Source: Nitrososphaeria archaeon
Lineage (GTDB): Archaea; Thermoproteota; Nitrososphaeria; Conexivisphaerales; UBA164
Assembly: GCA_049976505.1 (NCBI GenBank)
Contig: JBMFIC010000002.1
Location: 21,765-85,764, forward strand
Direction: 5' to 3'
DNA length: 64,000 bases
In this document: positions 18,584-28,701 of the stretch, piece after piece
Position numbering within the stretch: the first letter of the stretch is position 1
How the letters are laid out: each line of letters begins with the position of its first letter
The notes under the pieces: model-generated
Databases searched by the model: none
What the model saw: the letters and a program-made list of their open reading frames with translations, nothing else
Told to the model about the DNA's origin: nothing
Made by a program: the position numbers and the translations under genes

Positions 18584-18619
18584 AACCCTAAAAGCGTATG
18601 CAACATTTATAGGCTTTTA

Positions 18620-19159
18620 TCAGATCAGCTGAAACTTCTTAACTGGCGTGTATATGGGACCGTTTGGATGAAGATCACTTTTCATTAGATAAAAGCTTTC
18701 CACGCTGTATGTTCCAAGATCGACGTTCCTGCGAGCTTCTATCCGTTCAAGCAGAGCCCTTTTGTTTTCCACGAACTTCACTCTGGCAATTGTAAGGTGG
18801 GGCGTGAACTCCTCATCGCTGGGTATCGAAGCCGATGCCCTGTCAACCTCGCGCGCTAGCCTGACCAGATCCTGCGAGTCGCTTCCTATCCAGATGACCC
18901 TGATTCTGTCGGGGCTCGGGAAGACGCCAATGCCCCTGAGCCTAATAGTGAACCTGTTAAATTTTATGGATGACAGGGAATTTATTAGCTCGTCCCTTGT
19001 GCTATCATCGATTTCGCCCAGAAACTTGAGCGTGAAATGCATGTTCTGCTCCTTAGTGAGGCTTATTCCTTTTTCCCCATCCTTTATGAACTCAGCTATC
19101 TTCATGATCTCCCTTATGAGGCCAAGATCCTCAACGTTCACGCTTACGAAGGCCCTCAT
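18620..19159 (-). CDS. thpR: RNA 2',3'-cyclic phosphodiesterase (2H family, ThpR/LigT-like)
   Basis: Two HxT motifs (HFTLKFLGE and HLTIARV) at the expected spacing. Confidence 0.8.
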   Translation of the reverse strand: MRAFVSVNVEDLGLIREIMKIAEFIKDGEKGISLTKEQNMHFTLKFLGEIDDSTRDELINSLSSIKFNRFTIRLRGIGVFPSPDRIRVIWIGSDSQDLVRLAREVDRASASIPSDEEFTPHLTIARVKFVENKRALLERIEARRNVDLGTYSVESFYLMKSDLHPNGPIYTPVKKFQLI

Positions 19160-19845
19160 GACTTTTCAACTAGCGCTCTGAAAAATAAAGCATTTTCCAG
19201 CATTCCAAGGTCGTTGTTGAAATAGACGTATGCCTCCCTGGCCCCGCTCTCCTTTATCCTGAGAAAATACTCCCTTAGTTCCTCCTCACTATACTCATAC
19301 GCGTACCATTCGGTCCTTCCATGCATCCTCAGATATATGATGCCGTTGCTTACCACAAGCTCATCGGGAAGCTCTGGTGCGCTCACCGAGCAGAAGACGT
19401 AGCCCAACTCAGAGACCTCCCTTTTTTGCTCCCACCAGCAGGGATCCCTGAACTCAACCACGGGGATCCCCTCAAGCGAAACCGACCTTATGAATTCATC
19501 TAGCTTCCTGAGGTTCTTCTCCGAGCACCCAAAGCTTGGTGGCATCTGAAACAGCCATGCTCTTATCATGCCCCTCATGGGCTCAAAGGTGTTGTAGAAC
19601 CTGTTAAACAGCGGAACGCTGGAGAGCTTTGTGTAATGCGTAACTCCTTTATAGACCTTTACAGAGTAAAAGAAGCCCCTTTCAGCTTTCGACCACCTTG
19701 CTATCATGGGCCTTCTGGGAAACGAATAAAACGTGGAGTTAAGCTCCACCGTATCGAAGCCCTTCGAGATGTACCAGGAAAGCGGATCGGGCTTCCCCTC
19801 GTTCCAGGGATAAGAGTATCCAGACGTCCCTACGTGAATCTTCAT
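19156..19845 (-). CDS. DUF72 family protein
   Basis: IHVGTSGYSYPWN...VELNSTFYSFP...FFYSVKV is the DUF72 (YecE-like) pattern. Confidence 0.75.
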   Translation of the reverse strand: MKIHVGTSGYSYPWNEGKPDPLSWYISKGFDTVELNSTFYSFPRRPMIARWSKAERGFFYSVKVYKGVTHYTKLSSVPLFNRFYNTFEPMRGMIRAWLFQMPPSFGCSEKNLRKLDEFIRSVSLEGIPVVEFRDPCWWEQKREVSELGYVFCSVSAPELPDELVVSNGIIYLRMHGRTEWYAYEYSEEELREYFLRIKESGAREAYVYFNNDLGMLENALFFRALVEKS

Positions 19846-20849
19846 CAGGATCTATCGTAAAGGTGACATGCAACGAAGTGTCCTGGCTCGACCTCCTTCA
19901 TCTTGGGCTCCTCAACCTTGCATTTGTCGAACGCGTAGGGACACCTCGGATGGAACCTGCAGCCGGATGGTGGATTTACTGGGCTCGGTATCTCGCCCTT
20001 TATCTTTACCTCCGCCTTGGGAGACCTTGGATCAGGCACCGGTATCGCAGCTATGAGCGCCTGCGTGTAGGGATGGAGCGGGTTCTCAATAAGCCTCTCT
20101 GAATCAGCCAGCTCAACTAGCTTCCCAAGGTACATTACGGCTATTCTGTCGCTGGTGTGCTTGGCGAGCGCGAGATCATGGGTGATGAACAGGAAAGTTA
20201 TCCCGTACTTCTCCTTTAACTCAAGCATTACGTTGAGCACTTCTGCCCTTATTGAAACGTCAAGCATTGATACCGGCTCGTCCGCAACTATGAAATCCGG
20301 CCTCAGCACAAGCGCCCTAGCAATAGCCACCCTCTGTCTCTGCCCACCGCTTAGCTCGTGCGGATAGCGGTACATGAACTCCTCAGGCGGCGTCAGCTTG
20401 ACGTCGACGAGAGCTTTAGCTACCTCGTCGTCTATCTTCTCCTTCGGAACCAGCTTGTTGACTACAAGTCCCTCAGCGACCACGTCCCTTATCAGCATTC
20501 TGGGGTTTATCGAATCGTACGGATCCTGGAATATTATCTGAAGCTTCTTTCTGTATTGCTTGAGCTCTGACTGTTTCAGCTTGAACAGGTCTACCCCGTT
20601 GTAGATGACAGAGCCATCTGTAGGATCTATCAGCCTTATTATAGTCCTTCCGAATGTAGTCTTTCCGCTTCCGGATTCTCCCGCAAGTCCTAGTATCTCC
20701 CGTGGATATATATCCAGACTTATACCGTCAACAGCCCTGACCCACTTCTGCGTTTCACCCTTTATGAAGCTGGAAAAGCCCAGCCTGACCGGGAAGTACT
20801 TCCTAACCCCTATAGCACGTAACAGCGGCTCAGGCATTCCTCTCACCAT
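19845..20849 (-). CDS. peptide ABC transporter ATP-binding protein (OppF/DppF-like)
   Basis: Walker A GESGSGKTT, signature LSGGQRQR, Walker B FIVADEP and a C-terminal oligopeptide-type CxxHPRCP extension. ATG 20849 is preferred over the TTG at 20867, which lies inside oppD. Confidence 0.9.
   Translation of the reverse strand: MVRGMPEPLLRAIGVRKYFPVRLGFSSFIKGETQKWVRAVDGISLDIYPREILGLAGESGSGKTTFGRTIIRLIDPTDGSVIYNGVDLFKLKQSELKQYRKKLQIIFQDPYDSINPRMLIRDVVAEGLVVNKLVPKEKIDDEVAKALVDVKLTPPEEFMYRYPHELSGGQRQRVAIARALVLRPDFIVADEPVSMLDVSIRAEVLNVMLELKEKYGITFLFITHDLALAKHTSDRIAVMYLGKLVELADSERLIENPLHPYTQALIAAIPVPDPRSPKAEVKIKGEIPSPVNPPSGCRFHPRCPYAFDKCKVEEPKMKEVEPGHFVACHLYDRS
19854..19974. repeat. 121-bp perfect direct repeat, copy 1 (3' end of the OppF-like gene)
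   Basis: Identical base for base to 20848-20968 in my hand alignment. Confidence 0.9.
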
Positions 20850-21807
20850 CGTAAAGGTGACATGCAACGAAGTGTCCTGGCTCGACCTCCTTCATCTTGG
20901 GCTCCTCAACCTTGCATTTGTCGAACGCGTAGGGACACCTCGGATGGAACCTGCAGCCGGATGGTGGAGAAGCAAGGTTCGGAGGCGCTCCTGGTATTCC
21001 CACAAGCCTCTGCCTTTTGGCCCTGATGTTGGGAAATGCACCAAGAAGGCCCTTTGTGTACGGGTGCAACGGGTTCTCATAAATCCGGTATATATTTCCG
21101 TATTCCACAACCTTTCCTGCGTAGAATATCGCAACTTTATCGCAGAGGTCGGCGATTATCGACAAGTCGTGGGTGATAAGCATCATGCCTATGTTGAGCT
21201 TCTTCTTAAGGTCCCTGAGAAGGCTGAGGACCTGGGCCTGAACTATCACATCCAGAGCTGTTGTAGGCTCGTCCAGTATAAGAACGTCGGGGTTGTTAGC
21301 CAGTGCCATAGCTATCGCGGCCCTCTGCTTCATGCCTCCTGAGAATTCATGAGGGTAACTGTTTACCCTTTTCGGATCTATACCGACGAGATCAAAAAGC
21401 TCCCTCACCCTGTTCATTGCCTCCTCCTTCGATACGCGTCTGTGAGTGATTATTGCCTCTGCTATTTGATCCCCTATGGTAAAAACCGGGTCAAACGCAT
21501 TCATGGAAGCCTGCGGCACCATCGCTATCTTTACCCACCTTATCCTTCTGAACTCCTCCTCAGATAGATCCAGAACGTTCTGCCCATCAATATATATTTT
21601 CCCCGAAAGTATCTGCGCGTTCCTGGGAAGGAGCCTCATGATCGTGTTGGCGATGCTCGTTTTGCCGCTGCCTGACTCGCCTGCCAGTCCTAGGCATGTT
21701 CCCTTTTCAACCGTAAAGGTAACGTCGTCCACCGCCTTAACGTAGAGCTTTCCCATCTTGTAGTACATCTTAAGACCTTCCACCCTTAGGACCTCAGACA
21801 CTTTCAT
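20830..21807 (-). CDS. peptide ABC transporter ATP-binding protein (OppD/DppD-like)
   Basis: Walker A GESGSGKTS, signature FSGGMKQR, Walker B LILDEP and a C-terminal oligopeptide-type extension. Confidence 0.9.
   Translation of the reverse strand: MKVSEVLRVEGLKMYYKMGKLYVKAVDDVTFTVEKGTCLGLAGESGSGKTSIANTIMRLLPRNAQILSGKIYIDGQNVLDLSEEEFRRIRWVKIAMVPQASMNAFDPVFTIGDQIAEAIITHRRVSKEEAMNRVRELFDLVGIDPKRVNSYPHEFSGGMKQRAAIAMALANNPDVLILDEPTTALDVIVQAQVLSLLRDLKKKLNIGMMLITHDLSIIADLCDKVAIFYAGKVVEYGNIYRIYENPLHPYTKGLLGAFPNIRAKRQRLVGIPGAPPNLASPPSGCRFHPRCPYAFDKCKVEEPKMKEVEPGHFVACHLYDGERNA
20848..20968. repeat. 121-bp perfect direct repeat, copy 2 (3' end of the OppD-like gene)
   Basis: Identical to 19854-19974, 994 bp away. 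Confidence 0.9.
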
Positions 21808-22405
21808 TCACCAGCTTATAGACAAACGTGATATAATTCGATCCAATAAAACTACCCCTCGCATAAATAAGATAGCCATAATCCTTGTTATAAACGAGAC
21901 TCCAGCGGGAGGCGCCAAGGTTGTAAGTGTAAAGATAAGGTATTATTGTCATGTTAACCGAAATCACGTTAGTTCTGGAAACAACGTATTTAACTGAAAC
22001 GCTTTCCCCACCCTGAAACTGTATGTAGACGTTTCCAGATGCCTGCCTGACGCTGGTGTTAATGAACATGGGCATGCCAAATGAGTAGGGTGCAAAGTAC
22101 GTGAGGTTGTTCGTAGGGTCAAACACAGGCACGAATGAAACGTTGGAGTACGTAACTCCGCTGTCGTTGAGCGGGGTAATCGTATAGTTGAACGTTATGA
22201 CGGACGAATTGACCCTTATCACGTGAAGCTTAATGTAGTTTACGTAGTTCCCCTTACCAGGAACGCTCACTATGTATTCATAGTAGAACGTTGAGCCGAG
22301 AAGAGCGGATCTGTGAACCTCAGTGTGGGGGACCAGAACGTAATATGCCCCAATTAATACTATGATGATAACTGCCGCTGCTATGCCCATGGTTGTGCCT
22401 TTCAT
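21794..22405 (-). CDS. membrane-anchored extracytoplasmic protein of unknown function inside the opp operon
   Basis: N-terminal TM ([19 protein letters not shown]), then about 170 aa that are beta-rich, Asn/Tyr/Val-rich and carry many N-x-S/T sequons. Overlaps both neighbours (ATGA-type coupling). Confidence 0.55.
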   Translation of the reverse strand: MKGTTMGIAAAVIIIVLIGAYYVLVPHTEVHRSALLGSTFYYEYIVSVPGKGNYVNYIKLHVIRVNSSVITFNYTITPLNDSGVTYSNVSFVPVFDPTNNLTYFAPYSFGMPMFINTSVRQASGNVYIQFQGGESVSVKYVVSRTNVISVNMTIIPYLYTYNLGASRWSLVYNKDYGYLIYARGSFIGSNYITFVYKLVNESV

Positions 22406-23934
22406 TGTCCTCTTAGCCTCGGGTTGAATATCTCATCAAGCGCATAACCCACCATCACGAAGGCAAGCGAAAGCAGGACTATGGCCAGACCTGGAAAGAT
22501 GAACCACCACCATCCAAACTGGAAATATACCGCTGAGGCAGCGTGATCATAAGCTTTTGACAGCATCCTTCCCCACGTCGGGGTAGTTGATGAGCCTGGG
22601 AACAGGAAGTCGAGGGCGGCCTCAGTGAGTATAAAGCCAGGGACGCTGAGAGCGAGGTTAGCATAAACCAGCCCCATAATGTTGGGAAGTATGTGCGTGA
22701 TCATTATGTGCACGTTTCCTGCTCCAAGGGCTTTGGACGCCTCTATGTATCCTCTTTCCTTAAGCGATAGAACCTGAGACCTTATAACCCTGGCTATAGA
22801 CGGCCAGGACAGAACGGCGAACAGAATTACTATCCAGAAATACAGGCTTTTCGCTGTAAATGCGTTCTGCGTAAGAAGGAATATAACAACTATAGCAAGC
22901 GGCAGGAATGGTATAACGAGGAATATGTCCGTTATCCTCATCAAAACCTCCTCAGTGACGCCTCCAAGCAGGCCAGCGATGAGCCCCACTATCAGACCAA
23001 AAACAACCGAGAAGATCGACGCCAATAAGCCCACCTCAATTGATATCCTTGATCCCCAGACGAACTGGGACCAAAGATCCCTACCGTTGTTATCCGTGCC
23101 CAGAAGGCCGTAGTGTCTGCCGTAGATGAAGAAATAGGGATCTGCAAGCGAAAACCTCACGTATCCGGGTGTCGAGGACTGATAAGCTATAACCTGCACG
23201 TTCAGCTTGTACGTTCCCTGCTGGCTCATCAGGTTCATGGCCGGCATGCTGAGGGCCTGGCCTGCAGGGCCAAAGGCGGATAAAACCACTGGCGTGGTAT
23301 CAGAGGCAAGATATATCGCGTTCCAGTGGTTTATTGACAGCCCATGCCTAAGCGTATCGATCACGCCAGGCCAGGTCGACATGTAAGTATAGGATGTAAG
23401 ATCGTAAACGTGACCGTTCGGAGCAATTAATGTGAACTTAACGTACAGGTCTGAGATGCCCTGAACGACCTGGGGATCGATAAGGGCACCAAAAGCCAGC
23501 TTGTATGGCGGCTTGTAGCTGTAAACGAATGGGTAAGTCATGTTAAGAAGCACAACTCTTCCAAATCCCGGGGGAACGGTTGCTGAAACGTTGATCACCT
23601 GCGCTTCGTCAGTTGTGTATCTGGTTACGCTGACATATTTAGCCGGAAGGGATTCCGTGGTAATCGTGTAGTTAGCCGCTGGAGAAACGCTGATCTCCCA
23701 AGAGCTTATCTTGTTGCTGACCGCCTCAAGGTTTGGCGGAAGATTGTGATAAATTGGAAAAACCGTGGCCCAGCTTGGAACAGCCCACGGCCCGGCAACA
23801 AAGGTCTCCATTGGCGGGTTGGAGGTCAGATATGGAGCAAAAAGCGCCATAAGAGAAAAGAAAACTATAATGAACGCACCGGCCATGCCCATCCGGCTTT
23901 TCAGGAATATCTTTAATCCTCCTCTGTAGGACAT
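22402..23934 (-). CDS. peptide ABC transporter permease (OppC/DppC-like) with a large N-terminal extracytoplasmic insert
   Basis: C-terminal 230 aa form a BPD-transporter permease core (EAA-like region [19 protein letters not shown]). TM1 is followed by an insert of about 250 aa. Confidence 0.85.
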   Translation of the reverse strand: MSYRGGLKIFLKSRMGMAGAFIIVFFSLMALFAPYLTSNPPMETFVAGPWAVPSWATVFPIYHNLPPNLEAVSNKISSWEISVSPAANYTITTESLPAKYVSVTRYTTDEAQVINVSATVPPGFGRVVLLNMTYPFVYSYKPPYKLAFGALIDPQVVQGISDLYVKFTLIAPNGHVYDLTSYTYMSTWPGVIDTLRHGLSINHWNAIYLASDTTPVVLSAFGPAGQALSMPAMNLMSQQGTYKLNVQVIAYQSSTPGYVRFSLADPYFFIYGRHYGLLGTDNNGRDLWSQFVWGSRISIEVGLLASIFSVVFGLIVGLIAGLLGGVTEEVLMRITDIFLVIPFLPLAIVVIFLLTQNAFTAKSLYFWIVILFAVLSWPSIARVIRSQVLSLKERGYIEASKALGAGNVHIMITHILPNIMGLVYANLALSVPGFILTEAALDFLFPGSSTTPTWGRMLSKAYDHAASAVYFQFGWWWFIFPGLAIVLLSLAFVMVGYALDEIFNPRLRGQ

Positions 23935-23936
23935 CT

Positions 23937-24953
23937 CTAACCCCTCCTGATCCTCGGATCCAGAAGGCCATAGGATATATCGGCTATAAAGTTAGCTAAA
24001 ACGACCATTAGCGATATTATAAAGAAGATCGCCTGCTCGAGCGGAAAGTCCTGAGTAATTATAGCCATGTACGTCCAGTATCCAAGCCCTGGCCAGCCGA
24101 ATATGGTTTCCGTGATTACAGCCCCTGAAAGCACGAAGCCCATCGATATTGCAAAAATAGTAAGCGTGGGCAGGATGGCATTCCTGAGCACGTGCTTGTA
24201 AAGTATTGCCCTGTTCCTCAGCCCCTTAGCCCTCAACATTGTTACGAAGTCCTCGTTTATTATGTCGATGGCCGTGGATCTCTGAATAAGATAAAATCCC
24301 CCTATGCTAATCAGCGTCAGGGATGTGAATGGCAGCGCCATCGACTTCAACAGGGCATAGTAAAAACTGAGACCCGTGAACTGGCTGAAGTATGCCGCAG
24401 CGTTAGGCGGAGCCCATTTGAGATAGTATGCAAAAACGAGAAGAAGCAGGCTGCCTATCCAGAAGGAAGGCATGGCATAGAAGAAGAGGAGCGTCATGAA
24501 CGAAATCTGATCAACTGGAGTCCCCCTCTTGTGAGCCGAAAAGACGCCCAGGTAAAGGCTTATTACAAAGGAGACTACCGTTGACCCGCCAAGCAGAAGC
24601 ACCGTGTATGGAGCATATCTCGCTATCGTATCTATAACAGGGCCGCTGAGCGCGCTTCCAACGTTATATCCGAACTGAAACGTGAACATCGCCTTAAGAT
24701 AAATAAAATACCTAACGTCAAGGGGCTTGTTAAAGCCCAGCTGAGAAATAACCTGCTGCCTTATCTTTTCAATGTACTGCAGGTTATGCTGAGTACCTAT
24801 AACAGGGACAAACCACTGCTCAGGATTTATCCCCAATAGCGTAAATGGAAGCACCTGAAACAGGAAGAAGTTTATCGTTGCTATAACCCACATGGTTATA
24901 AAAATGCTTACGATTTTCTTAATAATGTAAGCCTTAATACCCATGCCCTTCAT
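23937..24953 (-). CDS. peptide ABC transporter permease (OppB/DppB-like)
   Basis: Six-TM permease. The [25 protein letters not shown] region is typical of OppB. Confidence 0.9.
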   Translation of the reverse strand: MKGMGIKAYIIKKIVSIFITMWVIATINFFLFQVLPFTLLGINPEQWFVPVIGTQHNLQYIEKIRQQVISQLGFNKPLDVRYFIYLKAMFTFQFGYNVGSALSGPVIDTIARYAPYTVLLLGGSTVVSFVISLYLGVFSAHKRGTPVDQISFMTLLFFYAMPSFWIGSLLLLVFAYYLKWAPPNAAAYFSQFTGLSFYYALLKSMALPFTSLTLISIGGFYLIQRSTAIDIINEDFVTMLRAKGLRNRAILYKHVLRNAILPTLTIFAISMGFVLSGAVITETIFGWPGLGYWTYMAIITQDFPLEQAIFFIISLMVVLANFIADISYGLLDPRIRRG

Positions 24954-25004
24954 ACTTAAGCAAAAAAATAATATTTAAATTTTTTAGTTGAGTTTGCGAA
25001 AAGA

Positions 25005-27665
25005 TTACTTCTTTCTCCTGAGGGCCCAGGCCACTACCGCGATGATCACGACTATTATTATGACCGCGGCTGCAATATAGTATCCAGTATAGCTTGGCTT
25101 CGGCGGTGGCGGCACTGGAGACAGGGTGGCAGTCTGGAGAACGCCAGCCAGGGACGGTGTCACCGATAGCGTCGTGTTATACGGCTTGAACCCGGTTGCG
25201 GAGACCGTTACGGTCTGGGTTCCTAGCGGCACGTTGGCGAGAACGGCTATGCCCGAGGAGTTTGTAGTGGCTGAAATTCCAGCGATAGTTACAGTTGCGC
25301 CAGCTATGGGTGTTCCGTTAGCTGCTACAACCTTGAACGGGATTGTAACCGCTGTAACTGGAGTCACGGTGAGTCCGCTGTAGCTGTACCACACCCTGCT
25401 TAGGCCGAATGAAGTGTATGTGGCGTTGACCATGAGCTCATACGTTCCTGGGCTCAGCGATGAGGTGGGTATTGAAGCCGTGTAGCTGCCGTTGCCAACT
25501 GAAGTCAACGGCACCGATTCGTAGACGTATCCTGAAGCCGGGTTTATCACCTCGACTACCCCAGTTGCGTTGGTTATAGGTATGTATCCGGTGGATCCTG
25601 GAGCTACGCCCTCAAAGGTTGAGCTGGTCGGGTTGTATATCTCCTCCATTATGTTGACCTTGAACGGCGCGCTGGTGCCCTGCGAGACCGATGTCATCCA
25701 TGCCCACCATGCGCTTCTGTAGTAGTTCGGGTTCTTGGTGAGCGTTATCACGTTGGTTACCTTGTTCCATGACTGGAATACGAAGGGTCCGCTTCCGACC
25801 TCAAGGTTGGGCAGCCAGTACATCCACTCGGGCAGGGTCTCGCTTGGCGAGTAGAGATATGAAGATAGACCTGATATCTTGGCCAGAGGCACAGTGGTGT
25901 CCATTGCGCTCGTGGATCCAGCCACGACTGATGGGTTGAAGTACTTGAATATGTGCATCGGAATTACGGGTATGTTAAGCGTGTATATGTTCCAGAGGTT
26001 CGTTGAGTTGACGTACAGCTGTATCTCATATGGGTTGTTCGGAGGTATGTAGGTTGCAAGCAGACCGAATGGCGGGGTTGAAGCATAAGCGTTGGGCGTT
26101 GAGGCTCCAGAAAGACCCTGGACGTTCCAGTACCAGAGCGAGAAGTTGAAGTCGTATGCAGTTAGAGGAACTCCATCCTGCCATGTGTCGTTCTTCCAGA
26201 AGTTTATGGTTATGATCTCGCCGTTAACTATCTTTGAAGCGTTGAACGGGTTCCACCATCCGTTGCCGCTCCCAAGCGGGGCAGTTACGTCATACTGCAC
26301 GCTGAACGTTCCCATCCATGGTATCAGAGATCCGTTGGTTACGCCCCATGGTGGAGTGCCTAACGGGCTGTCATAAACCTCCTGCCACACATCGACCTGC
26401 CAGACCCAGTTCGTCACGTAGAGCGGATTCAGAGATGTGGGAGCGGAGTGCAGAGCCTCAGTGAACGTGCCGCCGTATGGCGCGTTAGATGGATGGACGT
26501 TGAGAGCGGTGTAGTAGAGTCCGGTTTCCTCGTTGGGTCCTGTTGTTGGTATCTGGGCGAAGCCGGTCCATCCCTTGACGTAGTCAGCGTAGATCTGGTT
26601 GGACCAGAGCCCTATCACATATGGAAGCTGCTGATAGAAGATCTCCTGGACCATCCATGCTGCGTGCTGAGCCACGCTCACGTTGGTTGCGGCCCAGTAC
26701 AGAATGTCAGTCCAGTAGTCCATGCTCTCGTTCCAGAAGTTTCCAAAGTTGACTATTCCCGCAAGCTGGCCGTTGAAGAAGAACCACGGATAGTTTGGCA
26801 TCCAGCTCACTATCCAACCGAAGGTGTACATGCCCCACGTGTCTATCTGGTTAGCAAGGGTCATGTTGAAAACTGGAGGCGTTGTCGAGAAGTTGCTCAG
26901 CATGGTGCCCTCCGAAATTACAACGCCAGCTGCAGGAGAGTAGATAACGGATGATGCTGTCACACCGGTTACGGGCTTAAGGGTTATTGTTAGGTTTATC
27001 TTCTGGGCAGCGTTGTACAGTGCTATAGCTAGATCCGTTCTGAGGGGATCGTCCGACCTGTAGTAGAGCACGGGCGAGAATGGCTTGCCATAGAGAGTCC
27101 ACTGTCCGGTAACTGGGTTGTACTCTATTCCGGGCACCATCTCCAGCTCCTGCATCGCGGCCGTCAGGTTGTAGCTGTATGGATACGGTAGCTGGTTGTC
27201 AAACCAATAGGTGGATGCGTAAGGAGGAGAGAAGAGCGTGGGGTTGTAGAGGTAGGGCTCCGCGACCGCCGCTACGCCGTACAGAGACTGAAGATACGAG
27301 TAGTCAACCAAATCGGCTATGGCCCTCCTGAAATGTACGTTGCTGTAAGGATACATCAGCATGTTGAAAGCTATGCCATCAAAAGCATACGATGGCGTTA
27401 CGTTTGCATAAACGCCTGGAGTAGTCAGGGCAGTTGTGTACATGCTAGGAGTTAGGCTCCACTCCATAGCCTGTATCTGTCCTGAGGTGAGTGCTAGGAA
27501 CGCGTTCTGATCGCTCGAATAGACGTTGAAGATCAGGGTGTTAATCAGAGGACCATGGGTGTGAACCTGGGTCGGAAGAAGCATTGGGGACTGCGCTACT
27601 GCAGGAGAAACGGAGAATCCCAGTATTAATAGCGGCACTAGGAAATATAGATATTTTGTCTTCAT
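25005..27665 (-). CDS. family-5 (peptide/oligosaccharide) ABC substrate-binding protein, C-terminally membrane anchored
   Basis: Signal peptide, an SBP-5-like body of about 650 aa, an Ig/carboxypeptidase-regulatory-like domain (VVAANGTPIAGATVTIAG), a PVPPPPKPS linker, a TM segment and an RRKK tail. Confidence 0.8.
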   Translation of the reverse strand: MKTKYLYFLVPLLILGFSVSPAVAQSPMLLPTQVHTHGPLINTLIFNVYSSDQNAFLALTSGQIQAMEWSLTPSMYTTALTTPGVYANVTPSYAFDGIAFNMLMYPYSNVHFRRAIADLVDYSYLQSLYGVAAVAEPYLYNPTLFSPPYASTYWFDNQLPYPYSYNLTAAMQELEMVPGIEYNPVTGQWTLYGKPFSPVLYYRSDDPLRTDLAIALYNAAQKINLTITLKPVTGVTASSVIYSPAAGVVISEGTMLSNFSTTPPVFNMTLANQIDTWGMYTFGWIVSWMPNYPWFFFNGQLAGIVNFGNFWNESMDYWTDILYWAATNVSVAQHAAWMVQEIFYQQLPYVIGLWSNQIYADYVKGWTGFAQIPTTGPNEETGLYYTALNVHPSNAPYGGTFTEALHSAPTSLNPLYVTNWVWQVDVWQEVYDSPLGTPPWGVTNGSLIPWMGTFSVQYDVTAPLGSGNGWWNPFNASKIVNGEIITINFWKNDTWQDGVPLTAYDFNFSLWYWNVQGLSGASTPNAYASTPPFGLLATYIPPNNPYEIQLYVNSTNLWNIYTLNIPVIPMHIFKYFNPSVVAGSTSAMDTTVPLAKISGLSSYLYSPSETLPEWMYWLPNLEVGSGPFVFQSWNKVTNVITLTKNPNYYRSAWWAWMTSVSQGTSAPFKVNIMEEIYNPTSSTFEGVAPGSTGYIPITNATGVVEVINPASGYVYESVPLTSVGNGSYTASIPTSSLSPGTYELMVNATYTSFGLSRVWYSYSGLTVTPVTAVTIPFKVVAANGTPIAGATVTIAGISATTNSSGIAVLANVPLGTQTVTVSATGFKPYNTTLSVTPSLAGVLQTATLSPVPPPPKPSYTGYYIAAAVIIIVVIIAVVAWALRRKK

Positions 27666-27816
27666 TCAATAGATTTAAAATAGCTTTTGTATATAAATTT
27701 TTCTTGCCGCGTGAGGAACTTAAAGAATAATTACATGGGATGGGCTAAGTTTCGTATGAAATAAATTGCAAGACTTATCTACTTACATGTTTTGCCATTT
27801 AAAATTTTTACAGGTT

Positions 27817-28692
27817 TTAGTGAAGAGAATCAAGGATTTTATGAACGCTCATATCGGGCGTGAGGATGAAGCTGCTTGAGCCGTCGATGTCGCACCGTAT
27901 AAAATCGGCTGGCTCGATGCCCCTTACTGTAAATCTATCATCCATTCGGCCCTCCTGGAGAAGCTCAATAGGAACAGACATGGCAAAACCTGTCCTCAGT
28001 TCGCCGCCTGCCAGATACACCGGCGCTTGAAGCATACCCGCCATCCTCTCAAGGCCGACCGGACTGTTTCTGAGCGGACATACTACTGCAGTAACAGCCC
28101 TGTTTGTGCACCTTTTGTATATCGATAGAAGGCCGGATAGTACCTTAGCAAGGAATGACCTCCCTGCGAAGGGCACATATGCCACTATGTCCCTTCCTCC
28201 TGTCAGGAGCCTCTCAAGGAGGACGTAGCTTTCCCTTGTTCCATTCAGGAAAACCCCAGCTGTTCCCGATTTTCTGCATCTTCCACAGCCACCCCTTACC
28301 GTGTAGTTAATCATGAAGTACTGTCCGCCAAGCTTCAGGATTACGTACGAGCGTTCGGGGCTTATTTCATCTATTTTTATTGATCTAGCGGTGCTGATAA
28401 TCGAATCAACCAGCTTGTAAAGTTCTGCATCTGACCCGTTTAGCAGGCTCACCCTGATCCTCTTTCCATCCGATTCAGCAGCTATCCTTCTGGAAACGCT
28501 TGCGATGCTGGGGTATTTGAAAGCGTAATGGACCTCCTTAACGCCGCAGATCCCAGCACCTTTCTCTATATCCTCAACTCTAGAAGGCCTTAAAAGCACG
28601 TATGACTCCGTGGCTCTTGCACCCGGCATCAGCGATGATATGCATTCTGCCTCCTCCTTGTTTTCCGCTCTCAGCAGTATGTATCCCTTCAA
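27817..28692 (-). CDS. ThiI/THUMP-like protein with a degenerate PP-loop (function uncertain)
   Basis: The N-terminal ferredoxin-like/THUMP-like region and the central GTAGVFLNGTRESYVLLERLL segment align by eye with the SGGxDS PP-loop region of ThiI, but the loop residues are replaced. Confidence 0.35.
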   Translation of the reverse strand: MKGYILLRAENKEEAECISSLMPGARATESYVLLRPSRVEDIEKGAGICGVKEVHYAFKYPSIASVSRRIAAESDGKRIRVSLLNGSDAELYKLVDSIISTARSIKIDEISPERSYVILKLGGQYFMINYTVRGGCGRCRKSGTAGVFLNGTRESYVLLERLLTGGRDIVAYVPFAGRSFLAKVLSGLLSIYKRCTNRAVTAVVCPLRNSPVGLERMAGMLQAPVYLAGGELRTGFAMSVPIELLQEGRMDDRFTVRGIEPADFIRCDIDGSSSFILTPDMSVHKILDSLH

Positions 28693-28701
28693 TTTACGTG
28701 C

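Noticed and set aside
20605-21342. A 245-aa + strand ORF spanning the oppF/oppD junction.
   Set aside because: It is antisense to two well-supported ABC ATPase genes. Its length is an artefact of the stop-poor antisense frame and of the 121-bp repeat. No motif is present.
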